Below, piece after piece: positions 1-19,271 of a DNA stretch of 64,000 nt (position 1 is the stretch's first letter; each line of letters starts with the position of its first letter). The notes beneath the pieces were generated by a model. It was not told where the DNA came from. It did no database searches and was given only the letters and a program-made list of their open reading frames with translations. Made by a program: the position numbers and the translations under genes. The DNA is from Gemmatimonadales bacterium (lineage in GTDB: Bacteria > Gemmatimonadota > Gemmatimonadetes > Gemmatimonadales > GWC2-71-9): assembly GCA_037045245.1 (NCBI GenBank), contig JBAOHR010000010.1, forward strand, positions 9,569 to 73,568, in the 5' to 3' direction.

Positions 1-167
1 CGATCCAGGTCTCGTTTACGGGCTCCCTGCCCGACGGCGTGACGAACGTCAATCGGGTCCTCGACCTCTCCCGGCTCAAGCCCGGCAAGTACACGATGGA
101 AGTGCGCATCGGTGACAAGACCGGTGCGCCGCTGGCTCGACGGACGGTGGTTCTCGACCTGGAGTAG
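1..167 (+). CDS. 3' end of a gene cut by the window edge; tail resembles the C-terminus of the next gene (tandem paralog)
   Basis: Frame 3 is open from the window edge to TAG 165-167 (IQVSFTGSLPDGVTNVNRVLDLSRLKPGKYTMEVRIGDKTGAPLARRTVVLDLE*). It has the same style of ending as the last ~40 aa of the 173..2530 product (LDKLPAGRHWVTVTVEEGGRTATVRRAIVV). Confidence 0.5.
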   Translation, partial: IQVSFTGSLPDGVTNVNRVLDLSRLKPGKYTMEVRIGDKTGAPLARRTVVLDLE

Positions 168-172
168 CGCCC

Positions 173-2530
173 ATGGCCCGCGTTGCGTCGTTCCATCTCG
201 CCGTCCTCCTCCTCGCGGGCCTCACGGCCTCCGCGTCGGGGCAGGGGCTCGACGGCCCGCGCCTGCTCGGGTGGGATTCGACGCTGATCGCCTCGTCGGC
301 GATCGCCGCGCTGCCGGCATTCGGCGAGGCGCCGGGCGGCAGTGACGCCACCACCACGCTCGCCGAGACGTTGTGGCGGTTGCGGCGCGGGGAACTCGCG
401 GGCGATCGTCGCGAACTCGCGCAGGCCTTGCGGCGCACGACGCTCACCGAGAAGCAGCAGCGCGACATGCCATGGGGGTACTACCTCTCGGCGCGCGCGC
501 TCCTTGCCCTTTGGCGGGCCGGCGCCCCGCCGACCGCCAACGAAGGGCAGTTCGACGGCGAACCGTACGCCGACGCGGTGTGGCGCCACCTGCACGACGC
601 GCTCGAACGACAGCCCGGCTTCACGCCGGCGCGGCGGCTCGCGCTCGACCTCCTGCTGGCGGGTGGCGATCGGAGCCTGGGTCGCGATCAGCGCAAGGCG
701 CTCGCAGTCCTCACCCGCGCCGCGTCCCGCGATCCCGATGTCCTGCTGATCTGGGGGCGCGAACTCCGCCGCGCCGGGCAGCTCGACAGTGCCCTGGCGC
801 GTTTCGGCGAGGCCCAGCGCCACGGCGGCGATGCGGGGCGCGTCCAGCTCGAGCGGGCCCGCACGCTGATGGCGCTGGGCCGGCCGACCGAGGCCGCGGA
901 CTCCTACTGGGACGGCGTACGACGCGTGACACCCACCACGCGCGAGGCCTATCGCTTCGACCTCGCCTGGATCCTCGGCGGCGACACGCTGGCGACCTTC
1001 GACGCCGTGCCGGACCACGAGATGGCCACCTGGCTCCACCGCTTTTGGGCCGAACGGGATGCCGCCGCCGCGAACCTCCCCGGCGAGCGATTGCAGGAGC
1101 ATCTCCGCCGATGGGTGAAGGCATTCCGCGACTATCGCGTCTTCATCCCGGAGCGCCGCACCCAGTTCCGCCGCGTGGAGTACCTCTTCGAGGGACTCGA
1201 CCAGTGCATCGGCAGCGACGCCGCGCTCTACGAGACGCTCGCGCGCATGCAGCCGACGCTGCCTGGTGACGTGCGCGCGCTCGAGCCGCTGCTCGACCAT
1301 CGCGGCCTGATCTACCTGCGCCACGGCGAGCCGATGCAGCGCATCGTCGGCGGTCTCGGCGCGACCGGCGACTCGATCATGCCGCTCGACAGCACCAACT
1401 CCTTCTCCTCGTCGAGCCTCTTCCGGGTACGGCGCCTCAGCACGCGCGCCGAGCTGGAGGACGAGACGCGACTCAAGATGCGGCAGAACGAATCGTGGCT
1501 CTACTGGTTCGAGGGGGGGTGGCGACTGCTCCATTTCCGCGGGAGTGACGCCCTCGGCCAGATGGCGCCGACCACGCTCTCGGGGTACCTGCCGGTGAAC
1601 GGCTACTTCGCGGAATGGCAGCGCCGTGGCGCCGTGATGCCGGAATACGCGGCCGCAGCCGCGCGGATGGCGATCGAGCGCACCATCGTGGAGAAGACCT
1701 GCATCCAGGCCGTGACGCTGGCGATCAAGAAGAGCCGCGACGACGCCCACACCGGCACCAGCAGCGATTCCGACACGCCGCTGATCCGCGATCCATGGAA
1801 TGCCGTCTTGCAGAGCTTCGCGGTCGGGACGCCGCACGATGGCTCGGCGCGCGCCTTGGTGACCTTTGCCATTCCGCGCACCGCGCTCACCACCGCGCCT
1901 GGTCCGGACGGGCAGCGCGTCACGCCGGTGCAATTCCGCGTGGTCGCCTATGAGGCCAGGAGCGGCACGACCGTCGTGCTGGACACGGTGCGGCAGTTCG
2001 TCACGGCCGGCGGGGCAGGGGATCGGGAGAACATCAGCGGGTGGCTCGAGTTGCCCCTCACGTCCGGCACCTGGCAGGTGGCCGTCCGGCTCTCCCAGCA
2101 TCCGGACTCGGTGGGGGCCTTCGGGTTGCAGCGCGGCCTGGTCGTTCCCGAGGCGTCACTGGCGATCAGCGACATCCTCACCGGCATCGCCGCCTCCCCG
2201 ACGCGCTGGCCCGGCGATGGCGCCGGCTTCCCGCTCAACACCCTCGGCATCTGGCCAAGGGGGGGCACGGTGGAGCTCTACTACCAGGTCCACGGGCTCC
2301 CCGAGGGAACGCCGTATCGGACCACGATGGAGGTGCGCCCGATGACCGGCCGGACCGACCGGGTGGTCCGCCTGGTGAGCACCGAGCGTGCGACCGGCCC
2401 GTTGACGGCGGTCCGCCGGAGCCTGGCGCTCGACAAGCTCCCCGCTGGTCGCCACTGGGTGACGGTGACGGTCGAGGAGGGGGGGCGCACCGCCACCGTG
2501 CGGCGGGCGATCGTGGTCGCGGAGCGCTGA
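173..2530 (+). CDS. secreted protein, helical-repeat N-terminal half plus a divergent GWxTD-like domain
   Basis: 785-aa ORF with high GC3 and a signal-peptide-like N-terminus (MARVASFHLAVLLLAGLTASASGQG). GGAG lies 8 nt upstream. The segment WLHRFWAERDAAAANLPGERLQEHLRRWVKAFRDY...DHRGLIYLRHGEP matches my memory of the GWxTD-domain pattern. The function is a guess. Confidence 0.6.
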   Translation: MARVASFHLAVLLLAGLTASASGQGLDGPRLLGWDSTLIASSAIAALPAFGEAPGGSDATTTLAETLWRLRRGELAGDRRELAQALRRTTLTEKQQRDMPWGYYLSARALLALWRAGAPPTANEGQFDGEPYADAVWRHLHDALERQPGFTPARRLALDLLLAGGDRSLGRDQRKALAVLTRAASRDPDVLLIWGRELRRAGQLDSALARFGEAQRHGGDAGRVQLERARTLMALGRPTEAADSYWDGVRRVTPTTREAYRFDLAWILGGDTLATFDAVPDHEMATWLHRFWAERDAAAANLPGERLQEHLRRWVKAFRDYRVFIPERRTQFRRVEYLFEGLDQCIGSDAALYETLARMQPTLPGDVRALEPLLDHRGLIYLRHGEPMQRIVGGLGATGDSIMPLDSTNSFSSSSLFRVRRLSTRAELEDETRLKMRQNESWLYWFEGGWRLLHFRGSDALGQMAPTTLSGYLPVNGYFAEWQRRGAVMPEYAAAAARMAIERTIVEKTCIQAVTLAIKKSRDDAHTGTSSDSDTPLIRDPWNAVLQSFAVGTPHDGSARALVTFAIPRTALTTAPGPDGQRVTPVQFRVVAYEARSGTTVVLDTVRQFVTAGGAGDRENISGWLELPLTSGTWQVAVRLSQHPDSVGAFGLQRGLVVPEASLAISDILTGIAASPTRWPGDGAGFPLNTLGIWPRGGTVELYYQVHGLPEGTPYRTTMEVRPMTGRTDRVVRLVSTERATGPLTAVRRSLALDKLPAGRHWVTVTVEEGGRTATVRRAIVVAER

Positions 2531-2543
2531 CGGCGGGCGGGCG

Positions 2544-2572
2544 TTGACCCGGTCCCCCGGGACGGGCAAGTT
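2544..2572 (+). promoter_or_regulatory. candidate sigma70-type promoter, TTGACC-17 nt-CAAGTT, 6 nt before the ATG (leaderless geometry)
   Basis: TTGACC at 2544-2549, a 17-nt spacer and CAAGTT at 2567-2572. The ATG is at 2579 with no Shine-Dalgarno sequence in between. Confidence 0.35.
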
Positions 2573-2578
2573 GCCGGG

Positions 2579-3535
2579 ATGAATCGGCTTGTTCCCTCCG
2601 TCCTCTTCGACCTGATGGCCTCGGTCGAACGCGTCCTGGCCCTCTTCGGCGTCAAGCTCGAGGAGTTCCGCGCCGCGGGCGTGAAGGTGCTGCTCCTCTG
2701 GGTGGCGGCCTTCATCGCCTGGCGCGTCGTGCTGGTCGTCGCGGACCGGATCGTCATCGCGGCCGACGACGGCGACGACACCCGGCTCTCCTCGCACGAG
2801 AAGCGTGCGCAGACGATCGCGGAGCTGCTGCGCGGCGTCGGGAAGATCGTCATCGTTCTCTTCACGATCGTCCTGACGCTGAACCAGTTCGTCGACATCA
2901 CGCCGCTGCTCGGCGGCGCCGGCATCCTCGCCCTCGCCGTCTCCTTCGGGTCGCAGTCGCTTGTCAAGGATGTGATCAGCGGCTTCTTCATCCTGGTCGA
3001 GAACCAGTTCGCGGTGGGCGACGTGATCGAGGTCGCCGCGAAGACCGGCACCGTGGAGAAGATGACGCTGCGCGTCGTGATGCTGCGCGACATGGAAGGG
3101 ACGCTGCACATCATCCCCAACGGCCAGATCACCACGGTGAGCAACCGGACGCGCGGCTGGTCGCGCGCCGTGGTCGACATCGGCGTGGCCTACGACGCCG
3201 ACGTCGACGCGGTGCTCGCGATCCTGCGCGACGAGGCGAAACAGTTCGGCGAGAACGAGGTGTGGGTGCCGAAGCTCGACGGGATGCCGGAGGTGGTCGG
3301 CGTGCAGTCGCTGGGCGACAACGCCGTGACGATTCGCGTGCTGTTGCGCACGCAGCCCGGCAACCAGTGGGAGGCGGCGCGCGAGTTCCGCCGCCTGGCG
3401 AAGATCCGGCTCGATCGCGAAGGGGTCGAGATCCCCTTCCCGCAGCGAACCGTGCATGTGCGACACCATGGCGCGGCGCCGGATGATCCGGCCACCCGCG
3501 CCGCGATCACCGATGCCGCCGCGGGGGGCGCGTGA
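2579..3535 (+). CDS. mechanosensitive ion channel, MscS family
   Basis: 318 aa with N-terminal TM helices followed by the MscS core motif (VKDVISGFFILVENQFAVGDVIEV...GTVEKMTLRVVMLRDMEGTLHIIPNG). Confidence 0.9.
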   Translation: MNRLVPSVLFDLMASVERVLALFGVKLEEFRAAGVKVLLLWVAAFIAWRVVLVVADRIVIAADDGDDTRLSSHEKRAQTIAELLRGVGKIVIVLFTIVLTLNQFVDITPLLGGAGILALAVSFGSQSLVKDVISGFFILVENQFAVGDVIEVAAKTGTVEKMTLRVVMLRDMEGTLHIIPNGQITTVSNRTRGWSRAVVDIGVAYDADVDAVLAILRDEAKQFGENEVWVPKLDGMPEVVGVQSLGDNAVTIRVLLRTQPGNQWEAAREFRRLAKIRLDREGVEIPFPQRTVHVRHHGAAPDDPATRAAITDAAAGGA

Positions 3536-5025
3536 CACTCCGGCTCTACAACACGATGACGCGGTCCGTCGAGGACTTCGTTCCCCTCAAGGCACCCCAC
3601 GTCTCGCTCTACACCTGCGGGCCGACGGTCTACAACTACGCCCACATCGGCAACTTCCGGACGTTCCTGTTCGAGGACGTGCTGCGACGCTGGCTCGAGG
3701 CGAGCGGCTACGACGTCTTCCACGTGATGAACCTCACCGACGTCGACGACAAGACGATCCGCGGCGCGGCCGCCGCCGGCGCGTCACTGGCCGATCACGT
3801 GGTGCGCTTCATCGACGCCTTCCGCGAGGACAGCGGCTACCTCCGGCTCCTGCCGGCGCACGTCTATCCGCGGGCGACGGAATACGTCGCGCCGATGATC
3901 GCCCTGGTCGAGTCGCTGCTGGCCAAGGGCGTCGCGTACAAGGGCGACGACGGCTCGGTGTACTTCGCGATCGGCCGCTTTCCGGCGTACGGCAAGCTGT
4001 CGCGGCTCGACACGCGCGAGCTGCAGGCCGGCGCGGGCGGCCGCACGCTCGCCGACGAGTACGCCAAGGAGGATGCGCGCGACTTCGTCCTCTGGAAGGC
4101 GGCGCGCGAGGATGACGAGGCGGTGGGCGCCGCCTGGGATGCGCCGTTCGGCCGCGGTCGGCCGGGGTGGCACCTCGAGTGCTCGGCCATGGCCCTCGAC
4201 CTGATCGGCAAGCATCTCGGCACAGACGTCCTCGACATCCATGCCGGCGGGATCGACCTCGTCTTTCCGCACCACGAGGATGAGATCGCGCAGAGCTGCG
4301 CGCACACCGGGCAACCGGACTTCGCGCGCGTCTGGATGCATGGCGAGTTCCTCACGATGGCCGGCACCAAGATGTCGAAGCGCTTCGGCAACATCCTCAC
4401 CGCGCGCGACCTGCGCGAGGAGAAGGTCGATGCCGGCACGGTTCGCCTGCTGCTCGCCACGACGCACTACCGGGCACCGCTCGACTTCACCGACCAGGCG
4501 CTCGACGCGGCCCGCGAGGGGTCGCGGCGGCTCGGGGCCTTGGCGGCCCGGGTGGCGACGCTGCCCGAAGGGGCCGGGAGTGCGGCGTTCGAGGCGGTCG
4601 GGGCGACCCTCGCCGCCGATTTCGCCACCGCGATGGATGACGACCTGAACACGCCGCGCGCCTTGGCGGCGCTGTTCGAGGCGGCTCGCGAGGGGAATCG
4701 GCTCCTCGATGCCGGGGAGCAGCCAGGTCCCGCCTTCCGGGCGGCCTGGGCGAAGGCGACCGGTGTCCTGCAGATCCTCCCCACCCCGGCGGCGGGCTTC
4801 CAGCTGCCCGCAACCGGCGCGAGTGCCAATCAGGAGTTGTCGGAGGCGGTCCCGACCGATCCCGCCGCGCAGCAGGAGTGGGCGCTGGGGTGGGCCGGCC
4901 GCCGGCTGGCGGCCAAGCAGGGCCGAAATTTTGCCGAAGCGGACCGGATCCGTGGGCTGCTGGCCGATGCAGGATGGGACGTTCGCGACAATCGGGACGG
5001 CACGGCCGAGGTCCAGCGACGCTGA
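3532..5025 (+). CDS. cysS: cysteine--tRNA ligase
   Basis: 497 aa with the class I HIGN (YAHIGNFR) and KMSKR motifs. The GTG start overlaps the MscS stop (GTGA). Confidence 0.95.
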   Translation: MTLRLYNTMTRSVEDFVPLKAPHVSLYTCGPTVYNYAHIGNFRTFLFEDVLRRWLEASGYDVFHVMNLTDVDDKTIRGAAAAGASLADHVVRFIDAFREDSGYLRLLPAHVYPRATEYVAPMIALVESLLAKGVAYKGDDGSVYFAIGRFPAYGKLSRLDTRELQAGAGGRTLADEYAKEDARDFVLWKAAREDDEAVGAAWDAPFGRGRPGWHLECSAMALDLIGKHLGTDVLDIHAGGIDLVFPHHEDEIAQSCAHTGQPDFARVWMHGEFLTMAGTKMSKRFGNILTARDLREEKVDAGTVRLLLATTHYRAPLDFTDQALDAAREGSRRLGALAARVATLPEGAGSAAFEAVGATLAADFATAMDDDLNTPRALAALFEAAREGNRLLDAGEQPGPAFRAAWAKATGVLQILPTPAAGFQLPATGASANQELSEAVPTDPAAQQEWALGWAGRRLAAKQGRNFAEADRIRGLLADAGWDVRDNRDGTAEVQRR

Positions 5026-5055
5026 CCTCCCCTGGCTCGACTCGAGCGGGCGGGG

Positions 5056-5078
5056 AGCCCCGGCGGGATGCCGGGGCT
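5056..5078 (+). terminator. GC hairpin after cysS (9-bp stem AGCCCCGGC/GCCGGGGCT, 5-nt loop); no clear U-tract
   Basis: The inverted repeat was read directly from the sequence, 31 nt after the cysS stop. Confidence 0.35.
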
Positions 5079-5095
5079 TCGTCGTCTCGGCCCGG

Positions 5096-5124
5096 TTGAC
5101 GCGGCTTTCCGAGCCGGGTAAGTT
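5096..5124 (+). promoter_or_regulatory. candidate promoter of the tRNA-tuf operon, TTGACG-17 nt-TAAGTT
   Basis: TTGACG at 5096-5101 and TAAGTT at 5119-5124, 35 nt upstream of the first tRNA. Confidence 0.4.
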
Positions 5125-5158
5125 TGGGGTCTGTCGGTCGAACGGCCTTTTTTTGTAG

Positions 5159-5234
5159 GCTGACGTAGCTCAGTTGGTAGAGCACCCGATTTGTAATCGG
5201 GCGGTCGTGGGTTCGATCCCCTCCGTCAGCTCCA
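5159..5234 (+). tRNA. tRNA-Thr (anticodon TGT), CCA encoded
   Basis: Cloverleaf folded by eye: acceptor GCTGACG/CGTCAGC, D-arm GCTCAGTTGGTAGAGC, anticodon loop TTTGTAA, T-loop GGTTCGATCC. There is one T-stem mismatch. Confidence 0.85.
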
Positions 5235-5257
5235 GCGGCGAGGGTAGGGCAGGAAAC

Positions 5258-5341
5258 GGTGGGGTGGCCGAGTGGCTAATGGCAGCAGACTGTAAATCTG
5301 CCGGGCTACGCCCTACGTAGGTTCGAATCCTACCCCCACCA
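5258..5341 (+). tRNA. tRNA-Tyr (anticodon GTA), long variable arm
   Basis: Acceptor GGTGGGG/CCCCACC, anticodon loop CTGTAAA, long variable arm and T-arm GTAGGTTCGAATCCTAC. Confidence 0.9.
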
Positions 5342-5375
5342 TGTGGCACCGAAGTTGGCGTACGGACGACCCGAT

Positions 5376-5448
5376 GCGGGTGTAGCTCAGTTGGTAGAGC
5401 ATCAGCCTTCCAAGCTGAGGGTCGCGGGTTCGAGTCCCGTCGCCCGCT
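5376..5448 (+). tRNA. tRNA-Gly (anticodon TCC)
   Basis: Acceptor GCGGGTG/CGCCCGC, anticodon stem-loop TCAGC-CTTCCAA-GCTGA and T-loop GGTTCGAGTCC. Confidence 0.9.
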
Positions 5449-5449
5449 T

Positions 5450-5522
5450 GCTCACGTAGCTCAGTTGGCAGAGCACATCCTTGGTAAGGATGAGGTCACC
5501 GGTTCGATCCCGGTCGTGAGCT
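5450..5522 (+). tRNA. tRNA-Thr (anticodon GGT)
   Basis: Acceptor GCTCACG/CGTGAGC, anticodon stem-loop CATCC-TTGGTAA-GGATG and T-arm ACCGGTTCGATCCCGGT. Confidence 0.9.
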
Positions 5523-5652
5523 CTGTAGCACCGTCGAGCCACGAGGGTTCGGGCGGACAATACGGCAGGACGGGGCGTGCCACCTGGACGCCCAAGGCAC
5601 GCCGGGCAGGCGGGGCGAGGTTCCCGCGCCCGGCGCGTCGTGTCAGGAGAAC

Positions 5653-5680
5653 GTAGGGGCGCGGCATGCCGCGCCCATAC
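5653..5680. repeat. 28-nt REP-like palindrome, copy 1 (GTAGGGGCGCGGCATGCCGCGCCCATAC)
   Basis: Near-perfect palindrome. It belongs to the same family as 6958, 20374 and 24058. Confidence 0.8.
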
Positions 5681-5751
5681 CGATTGAGAGCAGAGCAACC
5701 CGGGCGCAGGTCGCCCGTTGACGGGTACCGAACACACACGAGGATCTCGAG

Positions 5752-6954
<1,203 letters not shown>

Positions 6955-6957
6955 GGC

Positions 6958-6985
6958 GTAGGGGCGACGCATGCGTCGCCCGTAC
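6958..6985. repeat. 28-nt REP-like palindrome, copy 2 (GTAGGGGCGACGCATGCGTCGCCCGTAC)
   Basis: It starts 4 nt after the tuf stop and is identical to the copy after the second tuf. Confidence 0.85.
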
Positions 6986-7069
6986 CCACCCGCCAGGCTT
7001 CGGCCTGCGAGGGGATCGATGGAAGGGCGCAGCCTGCTGCGCCCGCTCAGGCCCAGGCACGGAGTGGCA

Positions 7070-7309
7070 ATGACGGATCAGGACACGCAGGTCGCGACGG
7101 CGTCGACGGGAAAGCTGGCTTCGGCCCAGGGCTTCCTCCTCGACACCCGTGCCGAGATGGACAAGGTCAGCTGGCCGCCGAAGGACGAGCTCGTCAAGGC
7201 GACGCGCGCCGTCCTCATTGGCGCCGCCATCTTCGGCGTCGTGCTCGGTCTGGTGGACTGGCTGCTCCAGAAGATCCTCGTCGACGGCGTTGCCGCGCTG
7301 GCCCGATGA
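7070..7309 (+). CDS. secE: preprotein translocase subunit SecE
   Basis: 79 aa from ATG 7070, with GGAG at 7061. There is a single C-terminal TM helix (VLIGAAIFGVVLGLVDWLL), and the position immediately upstream of nusG with an ATGA overlap is typical. The longer ORF from 6971 runs through the hairpins and was not used. Confidence 0.85.
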   Translation: MTDQDTQVATASTGKLASAQGFLLDTRAEMDKVSWPPKDELVKATRAVLIGAAIFGVVLGLVDWLLQKILVDGVAALAR

Positions 7310-7863
7310 GCGACACGGAAGTGACGTATCGCTGGTACGCGATCCAGACGACCGCGGGCCACGAGAACAAGGTCCGCATGCTGCTCGAGCAGCGCATCAA
7401 GGATGACCCGCGCCCGGAAGGGCAGAAGCTGGTCGCCCGGGCGCTGGTGCCGACGCAGGAAGTGGTCGAGATCAAGAACGGCAAGAAGGTGACGGTCGAG
7501 CGCAAGCTCTACCCGGGGTACGTGATCGTGCAGATGGGGCTGAGCCAGGAGGCGCAGCACGTCGTCAACTCGATCCAGGGCGTGATCAAGTTCGTCGGGA
7601 CCGGGAAGGCGCCGCTGGCGCTCCGGGACGACGAGGTCAAGCGCCTCCTCGGCATGGCCGAGCCCGAAGCCGAGTCCGCCCCGAAGGAGGAGATCCCATT
7701 CCTCGTCGGCCAGGCGGTCGAAATCACGGAAGGGCCCTTCTCGGACTTCTCCGGGGTCGTCGAGGATGTGCTCGCCGACAAGGGGAAGGTGAAGGTGTCG
7801 GTGTCGCTGTTCGGGCGGCCGACGACGGTGGAGCTGGACTACTTGCAGCTCCGGGGTCACTAG
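7306..7863 (+). CDS. nusG: transcription termination/antitermination factor NusG
   Basis: 185 aa with an NGN domain (WYAIQTTAGHENKV) and a KOW domain (GQAVEITEGPFSDFSGVVEDV). Confidence 0.95.
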   Translation: MSDTEVTYRWYAIQTTAGHENKVRMLLEQRIKDDPRPEGQKLVARALVPTQEVVEIKNGKKVTVERKLYPGYVIVQMGLSQEAQHVVNSIQGVIKFVGTGKAPLALRDDEVKRLLGMAEPEAESAPKEEIPFLVGQAVEITEGPFSDFSGVVEDVLADKGKVKVSVSLFGRPTTVELDYLQLRGH

Positions 7864-7868
7864 GCATT

Positions 7869-7903
7869 ATCGATCATCGATGATCGATCATCGATCATCG
7901 ACA
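7869..7903. repeat. five tandem heptamers (ATCGATC/ATCGATG/.../ATCGACA) containing a perfect 20-nt palindrome
   Basis: ATCGATCATCGATGATCGAT (7869-7888) is self-complementary. The tract begins 6 nt after the nusG stop. Confidence 0.85.
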
Positions 7904-8035
7904 GTTGGTGCAGGACCGGGAGAGCTCGCTCTCCCCCGGCGACCGCCCCGGGTCAAACGGCGGCAGGTCCAGCGATGACCGCTGGTCCGTCATTCGGTGT
8001 CCCGCGCAGCCAGCGGGCACCGTTACAGGAGCGAC

Positions 8036-8461
8036 ATGGCCAAGAAGATCGTAGCCATGGTGAAGCTGCAGTGTCCGGCTGGCGCGGCGAATCCCGCGCC
8101 CCCGGTCGGCACCGCGCTGGGCCCGCACGGGGTCAACATCATGGAATTCTGCAAGCAGTTCAACGCGCGCACCCAGGCGCAGTCGGGCATGGTGATTCCC
8201 GTGGTCGTGACGATCTTTGGTGATCGCACGTTCACGTTCATCACCAAGACCCCGCCTGCGCCGAACCTCCTGCTGAAGGAAGCGGGAGTGGAGAAGGGCA
8301 GCGCCGCGCCGAACCGCACCAAGATCGGGAAGGTGACCTCCGCGCAGGTGCGGAAGATCGCCGAGATCAAGATGGTCGACCTCAACGCCTCCGACCTCGA
8401 TTCCGCGATGCGCATGATCGCCGGGACCGCGCGGTCGATGGGGCTGGAGGTCATCGACTGA
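8036..8461 (+). CDS. rplK: 50S ribosomal protein L11
   Basis: 141 aa from ATG 8036 ([29 protein letters not shown]), with AGGAG upstream. Confidence 0.95.
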   Translation: MAKKIVAMVKLQCPAGAANPAPPVGTALGPHGVNIMEFCKQFNARTQAQSGMVIPVVVTIFGDRTFTFITKTPPAPNLLLKEAGVEKGSAAPNRTKIGKVTSAQVRKIAEIKMVDLNASDLDSAMRMIAGTARSMGLEVID

Positions 8462-9150
8462 TGGCGACCCAGGGCAAGAAGTATCGCGCCGCGGTCGCCA
8501 AGGTCGACGCCACCCGGATGCATTCGACGTCTGAGGCGGTGGACCTCGTCAAGCAGACCACGTACGCCAAGTTCGACGCGACGGTCGATGTCGCCGTCCG
8601 GCTCGGGGTGGATCCGCGTCACGCTGACCAGGTGGTTCGCGGCACGGTGATCCTCCCGCACGGCACCGGCAAGACGGTTCGCGTGCTCGTCGTCGCCCAG
8701 GGCGACCGGGCCAAGGACGCGGAGGCGGCGGGTGCCGACTTCGTCGGCCTCGAGTACCTGGCCAAGCTGAAGGAAGGCTGGCTGGAGTGCGACGTCATCG
8801 TCGCCACGCCGGACGTCATGGGGCAGCTGGGCGCGCTCGGCCGGATCCTCGGTCCGCGCGGCCTGATGCCGAATCCGAAGGCGGGCACCGTCACGATGGA
8901 CGTGGCGAAGGCCGTCAAGGAGATCAAGGCAGGCAAGATCGAGTTCCGCGTCGACAAGACGGGGAACGTCCATGCTCCGATCGGCAAGGTCTCGTTCTCC
9001 GGCGAGCAGCTGGCGGCGAACCTCGAAGCATTCATGGAGACCATCGTGAAGGCGAAGCCGTCGGCGGCCAAGGGGACCTACGTCCGCTCGGCGACCGTCA
9101 GCGCGACGATGGGCCCCGGCATCAAGCTCGACACGGCGGGGTACCGATGA
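8461..9150 (+). CDS. rplA: 50S ribosomal protein L1
   Basis: 229 aa with TGATG coupling to rplK and typical L1 sequence ([17 protein letters not shown]...). Confidence 0.95.
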   Translation: MATQGKKYRAAVAKVDATRMHSTSEAVDLVKQTTYAKFDATVDVAVRLGVDPRHADQVVRGTVILPHGTGKTVRVLVVAQGDRAKDAEAAGADFVGLEYLAKLKEGWLECDVIVATPDVMGQLGALGRILGPRGLMPNPKAGTVTMDVAKAVKEIKAGKIEFRVDKTGNVHAPIGKVSFSGEQLAANLEAFMETIVKAKPSAAKGTYVRSATVSATMGPGIKLDTAGYR

Positions 9151-9644
9151 GCAAGACTGAACGGCATGAGGAAGTCGCCATGCTGACCGAGGCCATCAAG
9201 GCCTCCCCGACGCTCTTCGTCACCGACTTCAGCGGCCTCAACGTGCTGAAGATGACGGAGTTCCGCCGGCGCCTCCGGGCGGCGGGCGGGCGCTACGTCG
9301 TGGTGAAGAACACCCTGGCCCAGCGGGCGCTGGCCGCGAACAGCATCGCGGATCTCGACAGCCACCTGACCGGCAACACCGGCCTCGTCTTCGCGGGCGG
9401 GGATCCGATGGCAGCCGCCAAGGTGATCGGCGAGTTCGCCAAGGAACACGAGAAGCCGACCGTGAAGGCCGGGTGGGTCGACGGGAAGGCCGTCGCCCCG
9501 GCGTACGTGAAGCGTCTCGGCGAGATCCCCCCGCGGGAGGTGCTGCTCGGCCAGTTTGCCGGCGCGCTCAACGGAGTCCTCTATCAGGTGGTCGGTGCGC
9601 TCGAGGCGCTCCGCGAACAGCGTTCGGCCGGCTCGGCCGCGTAA
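9147..9644 (+). CDS. rplJ: 50S ribosomal protein L10
   Basis: 165 aa from ATG 9147, overlapping the rplA stop (ATGA). Sequence begins [33 protein letters not shown]. Confidence 0.9.
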   Translation: MSKTERHEEVAMLTEAIKASPTLFVTDFSGLNVLKMTEFRRRLRAAGGRYVVVKNTLAQRALAANSIADLDSHLTGNTGLVFAGGDPMAAAKVIGEFAKEHEKPTVKAGWVDGKAVAPAYVKRLGEIPPREVLLGQFAGALNGVLYQVVGALEALREQRSAGSAA

Positions 9645-9662
9645 CATACGGGAGATACAACC

Positions 9663-10040
9663 ATGGCGACTATGCTCAGCAACGACGAAATCATCGACGC
9701 GATCGGCAACAAGACCGTGCTCGAACTGGCCGACTTGATCGAGGCCTTCACGACGAAGTTCAACGTCTCCATCGCGGCCGCTCCGGCGGCGGGCGGCGGC
9801 GGCGCGGCGGCGGCGGTGGTCGAGGAGCAGACGGAGTTCACCGTCATCCTCAAGGCCGGCGGCGAGAAGAAGATCAACGTCATCAAGGTCGTCCGCGAGA
9901 TCACCTCGCTCGGCCTGAAGGAAGCGAAGGACCTGGTCGATGGCGCGCCGAGCACCGTGAAGGACGGCGTCTCGAAGGCCGAGGCCGAGGAAATGAAGAA
10001 GCGGCTCGAGGAGCAGGGCGCGAGCGTCGAGCTGAAGTGA
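9663..10040 (+). CDS. rplL: 50S ribosomal protein L7/L12
   Basis: 125 aa with an Ala/Gly hinge and a conserved C-terminal domain ([27 protein letters not shown]). Confidence 0.97.
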   Translation: MATMLSNDEIIDAIGNKTVLELADLIEAFTTKFNVSIAAAPAAGGGGAAAAVVEEQTEFTVILKAGGEKKINVIKVVREITSLGLKEAKDLVDGAPSTVKDGVSKAEAEEMKKRLEEQGASVELK

Positions 10041-10084
10041 CCCCCGAAGGGGGTCATCCCGAGCCGGCAGCGACTGCTGCCGGC
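10038..10084 (+). terminator. two GC hairpins between rplL and rpoB (attenuator-like, no U-tract)
   Basis: TGACCCCC-GAA-GGGGGTCA at 10038-10056 and GCCGGCAGC-GACT-GCTGCCGGC at 10063-10084. Confidence 0.4.
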
Positions 10085-10231
10085 GAGGGATCTCTCCCCT
10101 TTGTCACGGTCACTCTCAGTGAGACGCGATGCCGACTGAACGCGAACTCGAGTTCTGCATGACGACAGTGCCAGCCCCCGCCCAGCGCGGGGGCTTCGGC
10201 ACTGCCGTGGCCATTTGCACGGGATGGGGCG

Positions 10232-14704
<4,473 letters not shown>

Positions 14705-14707
14705 CCA

Positions 14708-19264
<4,557 letters not shown>

Positions 19265-19271
19265 ACCGCAG

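Noticed and set aside
2156-3538. 460-aa minus-strand ORF
   Set aside because: It is antisense to the MscS channel gene and to the end of the 785-aa gene, has no motifs and is Arg/His/Asp-rich. It is a GC artefact, as are 38858..40021 (antisense to purA), 46242..48302 and 48393..50843.
6955-7069. Expected tRNA-Trp between tuf and secE, a common arrangement
   Set aside because: The interval folds into three simple hairpins (REP palindrome, CAGGC/GCCTG, GGGCGCAG/CTGCGCCC). No cloverleaf, T-loop (GTTCGA) or CCA anticodon context could be found.
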